A stretch of 36,034 bases of DNA from Candidatus Sigynarchaeum calidifontis (GTDB taxonomy: Archaea; Asgardarchaeota; Lokiarchaeia; Sigyniarchaeales; Sigyniarchaeaceae). Location: the NCBI GenBank assembly GCA_030587475.2, contig JAUQYZ020000232.1, forward strand, positions 1-36,034, given 5' to 3'. Shown one piece after another: positions 1-8,035 of this stretch. Position 1 is the stretch's first letter. Each line of letters starts with the position of its first letter. The notes below the pieces were generated by a model. The model was not told where the DNA came from. It saw nothing but the letters and a program-made list of their open reading frames with translations, and made no database searches. The translations under genes were made by a program, and so were the position numbers.

Positions 1-108
1 GAGCTGCTCGTCCTCAAGGATTACACGGACCACCAGAAAGGCGTGGCAGCGAAAGAAGGGCTGTACAAGGAAGGCATGCCGACATCTTCTGGGCCGAATC
101 GGGATTAA
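1..108 (+). CDS. 3' end of a gene entering from the left edge (ELLVLKDYTDHQKGVAAKEGLYKEGMPTSSGPNRD*), product unknown
   Basis: Frame 1 is open from base 1 to TAA at 106-108 and uses GC3-rich codons (CTG, CTC, GTC, AAG) like the neighbouring genes. Confidence 0.55.
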   Translation, partial: ELLVLKDYTDHQKGVAAKEGLYKEGMPTSSGPNRD

Positions 109-280
109 CCATGCCACGATGCCAGGGGCACGCGGCACGCAACCACCAGCTATTTTTTCCCTTCATGCACACGTGGTTCCATGAACGGCGAGACTTTCCC
201 CGGCTACCAGCCCAAGCGGACTCCCGACACGATCCACGACGACATCGGGACCTGACCGCATCGATCCGGCAGAAAAGACC

Positions 281-334
281 GACGACGTGATCGGTTTCGA
301 CGTCGTGCTCGGTTTCGGCGACGTGCTCGGTTTT
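281..334. repeat. Tandem repeat, 3 imperfect copies of an 18-bp unit
   Basis: gacgacgtgatcggtttc (281-298) / gacgtcgtgctcggtttc (299-316) / ggcgacgtgctcggtttt (317-334), followed by a partial gacgat. Confidence 0.85.
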
Positions 335-442
335 GACGATGGAGCGATCCGCCATTTAGGTCGATCTCGTTTCACGATCACAACAGATGGATCGTGCAAG
401 GTGCGGACAATTTTATCCTTGGCGGCGAACCCGGGGTAAGTG

Positions 443-2317
443 ATGGCTAAAGAATCCACCTCTTCCGAAAGTGCCTTGAAGGCTGCAAATAGCGAGGAAA
501 TGAAGGGCCAGATTAGCAACGAGGAAATCTGGCAAAACATTGGTTTTCACAGGCCTTTGGCCGGTTTTTTTTATAACCTGGTTTTTTATTTCTTCGGGAT
601 TTTTTTCGGTATTTTTATCGGCAGCTATCTCTACAACTTGATGTATCCGTTCCCCGAGTCATTGGGGTACAAGACAGCGGGAACTGCAATGTTCGGGTTA
701 TTCTTCCAGATATGGGATCTTGGCACGGCCAACGTGATAAATCGCTATCTCGGCGAAAATAGCGTCAAGGATCCTCAAAAGATGATTGGGGTAATCCAGT
801 ACTTCGTTTGGTATCAAAGCATCACCGGATTGTGTCAAGTAACGTGGATTTCCATTTATGCACTCTATTTCGTTCCCAAAACTGAGCTGGCTTATGCAGT
901 ATGGATTATGGTTATTTTTTCGACCGTTCAGTATCCAGGCTATTTGTGGATTTTTAAGGATATTCTTGGCTCGCTCCAGCAGTTCCATCGCACGAATGTC
1001 TTAAATTTCCTGACCGGTGACATCATCCAGCGCGTTATAGAAATCGCGATCGTACTCCTGGGACGCTGGTATGGCCAGAACAATCCCGCAGTCGGGGAGA
1101 TCATGGGCATCGCGATCGGATCGATCATCGGCACGTACGTCGATGACTTCTTGTCCATGGCGGTTTGCATCGTGTTCTTCAAGCGGGCACTCCGGCAGTA
1201 CAACATCAAGATCCGGGATTGCTTCCGGCACGACTTGGACCGGAAGCTCGTGAAGGATATCTTGACCTTCGGCTTGAAGACCGGCATCCCGCACTTGTTC
1301 TGGCCAGCAGTCACCCTCTATGCCTTGTTCTTGTGGATCACGCTTGTACCTCAATATACGACTTTCATCACCCTTGCTGGTTTTGCTGGTTCATTCGGAG
1401 GGCTGGTTGGCATGAACCTCGATCTCGGTGGTGCGATCTCCGAATCATTTCTTAACAACAAGAAGCGGCTCGCCGGGTACTACATCGCCCAAGCATGGCG
1501 GTTTATCGGTTTCATCCAGCTGCTCATGTCGTCGATCACGGTCATTATCATCATGATCTACGATGATATCATCGCGTTCGTCGGGCTCGAGTACTACGCG
1601 CTCGGCGCCGTGTTTATCCTCCCTAAAATGATCCGGGAATTGCAACAGCCATACAACAATGTCAGCGAGGCCATCATCACGCAAACCAATCACCCGAACA
1701 TTTCGTTCTGGATGCATCTCCTCGAGGACGTGCTCGCCTTGCTTGATTGGTTCGTGTTCATCTTCTGGCTCCAGCTTCCGCAGCGATACGGGTTAATCGC
1801 CATCGCCTGGCTCATCCCGTGCGGGGAGATGCCCGCTATCTGTACCAAGGTCATCATCAACTACATCATCATCCACAAGCGCATCATCAAGTTGAAATTT
1901 GCCTTGTGGCAGACGTTCGGGGCCACGGCTTGCGCATCAGCCTGCGTGCTCGGGCTGGCCTTCCTGTTCTACGGCGTCGTCTACCTTCCCATCAAGGAAG
2001 CAGCCGGGCCGATGCTGGCCGTCATCGCGATCGCCATATTCGGCATCATCGTCACGCCGTTTTTCATCTACACGCCCCTCACGGCGCTGTTCGGCGGGTG
2101 GGATGACGATTCGGTGCGATATTTCAAGATCGCCGCAAGGATCAGCGGCCCGAGCCGGTTTATCGCCGTGCCCATGGCTCGCGTGCTTGAATGGGCTGCC
2201 AAGCGGTCGCCGTGGCATAACAAATTCAAGTTCGACGCATCGGGCGCCTTGCAAGAGGCACGGGAGCTCATGGACCAGAAGAACAAGTTCCAGAAGGAGA
2301 AAATCAAGGTGCTGTGA
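443..2317 (+). CDS. Multi-pass membrane protein, MOP superfamily (oligosaccharide flippase/MATE-like)
   Basis: About 624 aa with roughly 14 hydrophobic segments and a DLGT motif after TM2 as seen in PST/MATE flippases. ATG at 443 (GTG 440 alternative), with TTTTAT at 411-416 about 27 bp upstream. Confidence 0.7.
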   Translation: MAKESTSSESALKAANSEEMKGQISNEEIWQNIGFHRPLAGFFYNLVFYFFGIFFGIFIGSYLYNLMYPFPESLGYKTAGTAMFGLFFQIWDLGTANVINRYLGENSVKDPQKMIGVIQYFVWYQSITGLCQVTWISIYALYFVPKTELAYAVWIMVIFSTVQYPGYLWIFKDILGSLQQFHRTNVLNFLTGDIIQRVIEIAIVLLGRWYGQNNPAVGEIMGIAIGSIIGTYVDDFLSMAVCIVFFKRALRQYNIKIRDCFRHDLDRKLVKDILTFGLKTGIPHLFWPAVTLYALFLWITLVPQYTTFITLAGFAGSFGGLVGMNLDLGGAISESFLNNKKRLAGYYIAQAWRFIGFIQLLMSSITVIIIMIYDDIIAFVGLEYYALGAVFILPKMIRELQQPYNNVSEAIITQTNHPNISFWMHLLEDVLALLDWFVFIFWLQLPQRYGLIAIAWLIPCGEMPAICTKVIINYIIIHKRIIKLKFALWQTFGATACASACVLGLAFLFYGVVYLPIKEAAGPMLAVIAIAIFGIIVTPFFIYTPLTALFGGWDDDSVRYFKIAARISGPSRFIAVPMARVLEWAAKRSPWHNKFKFDASGALQEARELMDQKNKFQKEKIKVL

Positions 2318-2586
2318 AGCAGCTGCCCACGTGGAACGATTTAAATCATAAAAAGGTTCGGCCGGGTGCCCGGTCGGTATGCAATTGTTCCCAGGGGCCA
2401 TTGGCTGCTCGCCGCCTCGCCTTTTCTGGTTGCGGGCATTGGGAGCACGCCCGCGGCAAAGGCTGCGACTCATAGCAGGAACGCGAGACAAGCCTTCTTT
2501 TACCCGTGATGGAGAAAGAGGATAATAAGGTCATGCTGGATTGCCAGGTTGCCCCCATCGGATCATGCCCTTAGGACGAATTACGC

Positions 2587-4239
2587 TCAAACAGCATCCT
2601 CGTCTTCTAGGATACCCGCCGCCTCGGCGAACTTGCCATAGCCCATCTTGATCAAGGTCTTCGTCCGCTTGTTCAAGACGAAGTCGATCCAGCCCTCGAT
2701 CTCGTCAGGCTCGTTGTAGAACTTGCCGAACTGCTCGGCATAGGCGGCTTTCGTTGGGCAAGTGATCAGTTTCTCCACCGCGGCAACCGACAAGGCAAGT
2801 TCCAGATCTGCGCTGTCAGCGCGGCCCGGCGTGATGTCGATCCCCTTGTCGGTCCGGAGCACGTTGAATGCCTCGAGTGGATCGCATTCTGCCTCGAGAT
2901 CCTCGATCTTGTTGTAGATCGTGAAGTCCATAACCGCGCCTTGCACGAGATCGGAGAAAATCTCTGGATACTTGGCCAGGTATGCCATGTACTTGCCGCT
3001 GATCGAAGTCACCCCGCCAGGTGCATCGCACGTGGTGACCTTGCCCTTCAAGTCCTCGACCATGGTTTCGGCAAGGAGTGTCGTGATGTCCACGACGCGT
3101 AGCCTCGACGCATCCCCGTCGAGCCCATCACGCAGGTTTTTCTCGCAGAACGGGCATGCCGAAACGAGGACATCTACCTGCTTGGCGATCGCTTCCCTGT
3201 CCCGGTTAGCGGCGATCTCGCGAGCAAGCTCCGGGTTCGACGACTTCACGCCGCCGCCGGAGCCACAGCAGTGGCTGAAGTTCCGGCTCGCATCGAGCTC
3301 GATGAACGTTGCATTCTGGATGCCCTTGAGCAGGTCGCGCGGCGCCTCGTACACGCCGGCGTGCCGCCCGAGATGGCATGGATCGTGGTACGATACCCGG
3401 GCATGCTGCTTGAACTTGAACTCTTTCGGGTGCGTCTTGAGATGTTCGTTAACGAACTCGATGATGTGCTGGAATTGCAGCTGCCTTGCACCATCGATTC
3501 CCGCGTAATCCTTCTTGAACGTGCGGTAGCAGCCCGCGCAAGGGAACACGATGGTCTTCGCTCCCGAAGCGGCGAACGCGTCCACGTTGCGCTTGGCATT
3601 CGCCAGGAACTCGGCGGAATAGCCGTATCGCTTGAGTATAGACCCGCAACACCCCTCGTCATCGAGCATCGCGTAGGGCACGCCCAGCTTGTCGAGGAGC
3701 GCCACGGCGCCGGCGGCCATGGCCGGCTCCCGGTAGGCCGCCGTGCAACCGAGGAAGAGCAGCACGTCCGCCTTCGCGGTCGCGTGCTTTCCCTTGATGA
3801 AATCGAGCCGCTTGGCCGGGGGTTCGCCATACGGGTTCCCGTTCTCGAGTATCGAGTCCACGATTTCCTTGTGCTTGCCGACCACGTGGCCGCTCGCGAC
3901 GAGGTCGCTGCGCAGCGCTTCCATCAGGGCCGGCGTGTCGATCCCGCCGTCGATGGCGAGGCACGTTTCCTTGCAGCTCGCGCATGTCGTGCACGAGTAT
4001 GCCCAATCGAGTAACTCCTTGTTGATCTTGAGCTTCCCGCCAAGCACGTTCTTGAGCACGATGATGCGACCCCTGGCCGAGTATGCCTCGAAACCGAGCA
4101 CGTTCTTCACGGGGCAAGGCTTGTCAACGTGACGTTTCGCGGTCGATAGCTGGGTCCCGGATGTCCCGCAATCACCACAGCGCCCGCAAATATCGATGAA
4201 ATGCTCAAGTTTCTCGAGCTGGTTGAATTTTGTTGTCAT
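2587..4239 (-). CDS. Fe-S oxidoreductase, HdrD/GlcF family (2x[4Fe-4S] plus 2 CCG domains) with a C-terminal SCP2-like extension
   Basis: CGRCGDC...CP and CTTCASCKETC ferredoxin motifs; CCG domains GC...CCG...CAGC and YHDPCHLGR...CCGSGGG...CPFC. Overlaps the upstream gene by 4 bp (ATGA). Confidence 0.9.
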   Translation of the reverse strand: MTTKFNQLEKLEHFIDICGRCGDCGTSGTQLSTAKRHVDKPCPVKNVLGFEAYSARGRIIVLKNVLGGKLKINKELLDWAYSCTTCASCKETCLAIDGGIDTPALMEALRSDLVASGHVVGKHKEIVDSILENGNPYGEPPAKRLDFIKGKHATAKADVLLFLGCTAAYREPAMAAGAVALLDKLGVPYAMLDDEGCCGSILKRYGYSAEFLANAKRNVDAFAASGAKTIVFPCAGCYRTFKKDYAGIDGARQLQFQHIIEFVNEHLKTHPKEFKFKQHARVSYHDPCHLGRHAGVYEAPRDLLKGIQNATFIELDASRNFSHCCGSGGGVKSSNPELAREIAANRDREAIAKQVDVLVSACPFCEKNLRDGLDGDASRLRVVDITTLLAETMVEDLKGKVTTCDAPGGVTSISGKYMAYLAKYPEIFSDLVQGAVMDFTIYNKIEDLEAECDPLEAFNVLRTDKGIDITPGRADSADLELALSVAAVEKLITCPTKAAYAEQFGKFYNEPDEIEGWIDFVLNKRTKTLIKMGYGKFAEAAGILEDEDAV

Positions 4240-5660
4240 GGTTGGAACACCTGCGGGTGGATGATGTTATCGGGATCGAGGGCCTCCTTGACGCGTTTCA
4301 TCACGTCGAGAAACGCGGGGCTCGTCATGGGGAGCACGTACGGCTCCCAAAGTTTTCCGGTCCAGTATGGAACGCCGGATACCATCTCGGCAGCCTTCAA
4401 CTCGTTCCAGGCGGCATCGAGCACGTCTTGCTTCGACTTGTCCTTCAAGAACAGCGTGATCCAACCCGACGTGTAACAATGGGAAACGCCGAGGGCGGAG
4501 ATGATCCAGTTGATCTGGTTCTGCTTGAGCTCGTGTTTCTTGGCGATGGCGTGGAACCGCTCGATGATGGCGGGCAGCGTGGAAATCGGGCGCAGGTGGC
4601 ACGTGTTGTGCCAAAATCCTTCTTCGAACAAGCTCTGCGTGAGATTGAACATGTTGCCCCAATGCGCTTTGGCCAGGAACTGCCCGATCGGCTTGCCGCC
4701 GTGTTTCCGCGCGATTTTTTCGCATAACTCCTTCTTGATATCGGCGATGCGTTCGTCTGGCTCCTCGATGATCACGCCGAACAAGCAATGCACGTCGGGG
4801 AACGTGGACCGGTACGAGTTGACCAGCAAGTCGATCGAGTTGTCATCGCCGAGCATGACGATTTCCTCGGCCAGGTGCTCTTTCTGGATCTCCTGGAATG
4901 CGCGGGAGCCGACTTGGATGTCCGGGAAGCCCATGTCGAAATATGCAACGCCTTTTGGAATTGGAAAGATCTTTAGCACCGCGGCGGTCTTCAGCCCAAG
5001 GCTACCATGATCACCGAGGAATAAGCCCGTGATATCATTGTAAGTACAGAACCGGGCAAATGTCTCTTTCATCTCGGCCGATTTTTTCCAAGCGCTCCCG
5101 GTCCGGATGATCTCGCCGCTTGCGAGCACGACCTCGAGGCCCAGAACGCTGTCCGGGGCGCCTCCGTGCGCCGACGCGCCGCATCCGATGCTATTGGCGC
5201 TCAGCGAACCTGCTATCGTCCCAGCATTACCCCCATAGGGTCCTCGGAAACCAAGCTTGAACCCCTTTTCCTTGAGCTCGTGGATGAGCCGTGACCAGGT
5301 GATGCCAGGTTGCACCGTGACCGTCATCGCATCCTCATTGATGGCGATGATCTTGTCCATGCGCGTGAAGTCGATCATTATCGCGTTGTCGACGCGCGGG
5401 ATGGTCGATCCGCAAATGGAACTGCGGCCACCTACTGGAACGACGGGGATCTTGTGACGCGCTGCAAAGACCATGATGGATTGGACTTCCTCTGTTGATT
5501 GCGGACGAACTACCATGCCGGGCAATCTTCCCTCGAACGGGGATGCATCCTCGGCATATGAGCAGAGCACGAGGGGTTCAGTGGAAACGTTGGCCACGCC
5601 GACGATTCCTGCTATGATCGACTTCGCGGCGGGGATATCGATCGATGCTGTCATGGTCAT
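4236..5660 (-). CDS. FAD-binding oxidoreductase, GlcD/D-lactate dehydrogenase (VAO/PCMH-fold) family
   Basis: VVRPQSTEEV, PVGGRSS, VTVQPGI, VLGLEVVLASGEII, FLGDHGSLG and C-terminal KEALDPDNIIHP. Start probably ATG 5660 or 5654 (the ORF extends to 5690). Confidence 0.9.
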   Translation of the reverse strand: MTMTASIDIPAAKSIIAGIVGVANVSTEPLVLCSYAEDASPFEGRLPGMVVRPQSTEEVQSIMVFAARHKIPVVPVGGRSSICGSTIPRVDNAIMIDFTRMDKIIAINEDAMTVTVQPGITWSRLIHELKEKGFKLGFRGPYGGNAGTIAGSLSANSIGCGASAHGGAPDSVLGLEVVLASGEIIRTGSAWKKSAEMKETFARFCTYNDITGLFLGDHGSLGLKTAAVLKIFPIPKGVAYFDMGFPDIQVGSRAFQEIQKEHLAEEIVMLGDDNSIDLLVNSYRSTFPDVHCLFGVIIEEPDERIADIKKELCEKIARKHGGKPIGQFLAKAHWGNMFNLTQSLFEEGFWHNTCHLRPISTLPAIIERFHAIAKKHELKQNQINWIISALGVSHCYTSGWITLFLKDKSKQDVLDAAWNELKAAEMVSGVPYWTGKLWEPYVLPMTSPAFLDVMKRVKEALDPDNIIHPQVFQP

Positions 5661-5733
5661 CCCTGGGGGCGAGATAGATTCTGAAAACACCTTATGACGT
5701 GGTATTGAAAAACGCTTCCCGATGCATCCCGGA

Positions 5734-5748
5734 GAAAATGGTTTTAAC
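5734..5748 (+). promoter_or_regulatory. Putative archaeal BRE/TATA promoter for the SDR gene
   Basis: Purine-rich gaaaatgg followed by TTTTAA about 30 bp upstream of ATG 5777, consistent with a leaderless transcript. Confidence 0.4.
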
Positions 5749-5776
5749 AGCGCGGGGCGAATACACTCCGATTATC

Positions 5777-6658
5777 ATGGCACCGAGAAAGGATAGGAAA
5801 GTGGTCTTCATAACGGGCTGCAGCAGCGGGTTCGGTTTCCTCACGGCCAAGCTGTTGAAAGAAAAAGGCTATTCTGTCTACGCGAGCATGCGCGATGTCG
5901 ATGGCAAGAACAAAAACAAGAAGGCCGAGCTCGAGGCGGCTGCGGGCAGTGGAAAACTGAAGGTGATCGAATGCGACGTGCTGGACAGCAAGTCAGTGGA
6001 TGCCGCCGTCGCCAAGGTCGTCGAGTCCGAGGGACGAATCGACGTGCTCGTGAACAATGCCGGTTTCGGGTTATATGGCCCCATCGAACTTGCCAAGGAC
6101 GATGACATCGAAAAGATCTTCGAGACCAACGTCCTGGGATACATGCGCACAATAAAGGCCGTCATGCCACACATGCGCAAGCAACGAAGCGGCCTCATCG
6201 TGAACGTCGGGTCCATGTTTTCCATCTTCGGTGCGGGCATGTGTGGCTATTACACGGCCACGAAATTCGCGGTGCGAGGGATGAGCCAAGCGCTGCTAGG
6301 CGAGGGGTACCTCTTCAACATCAAGGTGTCCCTCATCGCCCCCATGGGCTTCATCACGGACTTCATGCACCGGTCGCTGCAGCTCACGGCTCCCATCGAG
6401 CAATCGGGGGAATACAAGGCCGCCTTCAGCGATCTGGTCGGGAACGTCGAGAACTTCGGGGCGAAAACGGGCGATCCAGGCCAGGTTGCGAAGAAGATCG
6501 CGTGGATCATCGGCAAGAAAAACCCGCCGTTTTTCGTGCCGTGCGGCAGGCTCGCCAGGCTGTCCTCATGGTTCGTGAAGCTTTTCCCCACGCTCGCTCT
6601 GCAGAAGATGATGGCAAAACAATACAATTTCAAGCACTTGCTCGAAAAGGTCGCGTGA
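5777..6658 (+). CDS. Short-chain dehydrogenase/reductase (SDR, 17beta-HSD-like classical type)
   Basis: ITGCSSGFG (TGxxxGxG), IDVLVNNAG, catalytic S (NVGS) and YTATK (YxxxK). ATG 5777 preferred over GTG 5699. Confidence 0.93.
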   Translation: MAPRKDRKVVFITGCSSGFGFLTAKLLKEKGYSVYASMRDVDGKNKNKKAELEAAAGSGKLKVIECDVLDSKSVDAAVAKVVESEGRIDVLVNNAGFGLYGPIELAKDDDIEKIFETNVLGYMRTIKAVMPHMRKQRSGLIVNVGSMFSIFGAGMCGYYTATKFAVRGMSQALLGEGYLFNIKVSLIAPMGFITDFMHRSLQLTAPIEQSGEYKAAFSDLVGNVENFGAKTGDPGQVAKKIAWIIGKKNPPFFVPCGRLARLSSWFVKLFPTLALQKMMAKQYNFKHLLEKVA

Positions 6659-6666
6659 CTGCTCCA

Positions 6667-7143
6667 ATGCCGTGGGATGTGCTCGTCATCGATGAGAAAG
6701 AGATCGGGGAAACGCGCACGAAGGTGATGCTCGTCGATGACCACGCGAAAAACCAAGAAACAGGCCGCATCCTTGCAGAGACCAGGGATGATTACGAACA
6801 CCTCGACGCGTGCATGAATCCCGGCAAGACACGGGCCATCGTCCTCAAGATGCAAGATGTCAACAGCGATCGGGACGAGTTCATCGACGTGTACGATCCC
6901 ATCACGCTGAAACCCATCTTGTCGCTCACGAACTGGCCCGTGGACAAGATCTCTTTTTCCAAGGATGGAAAACTCATGTTCTTGCAAGCAAAGCTCGAGA
7001 CCGGCACGCCTATCGAGGTCGTCCTCGACATTACCGACGGGCACCAGGTCGATGGGGGATCCCGCAATCGCGAACGCACGACTCTTGTCACCATCGCCGA
7101 TCTCTTGAAAAAACGAAAGCGGATCGAGAAAAGGATCACTTGA
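6667..7143 (+). CDS. Hypothetical protein (158 aa) with WD40/PD40-like beta-blade segments
   Basis: ATG 8 bp after the SDR stop and GC3-biased codons. Segments DACMNPGKTRAIVL, FIDVYDPIT and KISFSKDGKLMFL resemble propeller blades. Confidence 0.65.
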   Translation: MPWDVLVIDEKEIGETRTKVMLVDDHAKNQETGRILAETRDDYEHLDACMNPGKTRAIVLKMQDVNSDRDEFIDVYDPITLKPILSLTNWPVDKISFSKDGKLMFLQAKLETGTPIEVVLDITDGHQVDGGSRNRERTTLVTIADLLKKRKRIEKRIT

Positions 7144-7160
7144 TGATGACGACGGCTGTG

Positions 7161-7838
7161 TCAATCCTTGACCTCGATTTCGACGGGATTTCCCTTGTTC
7201 GAGTATGCCTTGAAGTCTTTTTCGCCGTACGGCGCGTGCGCGATGATGTTTACCTTGTACTTGATGAAGGCCTTGACATCAGGCGCGGATGGCGTGCCGT
7301 CGCCTGAAGGGTGCGAGTGGAAGGATGCCTCGATGTCTTTATCGTAGGGAAGCCTGTCCGGGGTGAAGATCGCCGCGACCGGCCCGCCCTTGGTGCCTTG
7401 TGGAAGAACGACTTGATCTAGCACCCCGGCGGTGCCTTTCTTGAGAAGAAAGAACGACTCGTTCGGGTGGGCACGACGCGCGGCGTCCAGGAGACCGAGA
7501 AGGAGCTTGCGGTCGATGGCCGGCATCCACGAGCCTTGCTTGGCGCCGGTGGCCGCGACCAGCTGGTCCTTCAATGCTTGCAGCACGGAAGCCCACGTCG
7601 GGTGTGCCTCGTCGTCCCAGAGCACGAGGTCCGGGACGAGGTCGACAGGCCGTGGCAACCGCTCGCGGGCTTCCTTGGGCTGGATCTTGAAGGACGGCAC
7701 CCCGTCGAAGTTGAACTCGACATATATATTCCCGTCAACGTGCAAGATGCCCTTCGTTCGCTTCTTACCGTCCCACTCGACGCCGGCAATCTTGCTGGCT
7801 TGCTCTCTCTGCCATTCGATGTCACGAGGACCGGCCAT
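7161..7838 (-). CDS. JAB/MPN+ (JAMM) metalloprotease with an N-terminal UBC/UEV-like domain
   Basis: Complete JAMM motif: E in AHPNE, then HSHPSGDGTPSAPD (H-x-H-x7-S-x2-D, 7278-7319). About 95 extra N-terminal residues end in L-x2-W-x4-HPTWASVLQAL. Confidence 0.85.
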   Translation of the reverse strand: MAGPRDIEWQREQASKIAGVEWDGKKRTKGILHVDGNIYVEFNFDGVPSFKIQPKEARERLPRPVDLVPDLVLWDDEAHPTWASVLQALKDQLVAATGAKQGSWMPAIDRKLLLGLLDAARRAHPNESFFLLKKGTAGVLDQVVLPQGTKGGPVAAIFTPDRLPYDKDIEASFHSHPSGDGTPSAPDVKAFIKYKVNIIAHAPYGEKDFKAYSNKGNPVEIEVKD

Positions 7839-8035
7839 ATGCCTCTCGTGCGAGTGGTGGAAGTTAAAGGTTCCGGGGCGACTTTGGCTGGCACATGTCA
7901 GGTCGTATGACTTCTATCCGGGAGGTCTGGTTCCTTTCCTTCCAGGATCGTCGATAAAGCCGGTATTTCGCACCACTTTCATATTTATTATGCTGAATTC
8001 ATATCATGTCTTTAGAAAGTTTCGGGTGAACGAGG

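Noticed and set aside
281-334. Possible CRISPR array
   Set aside because: The units are contiguous with no spacers, and no cas genes are present.
2318-2586. Possible SRP or RNase P RNA in the 270-bp gap between convergent genes (GC hairpin at about 2359-2376)
   Set aside because: No SRP helix-8 or RNase P GAGGAAAGUCC signature is visible; the hairpin alone is insufficient evidence.
6241-6666. N-terminal 142 aa of the 300-aa ORF 6241-7143
   Set aside because: It overlaps the SDR gene in another frame and has shadow-like Arg/His-rich composition; the real start is ATG 6667.
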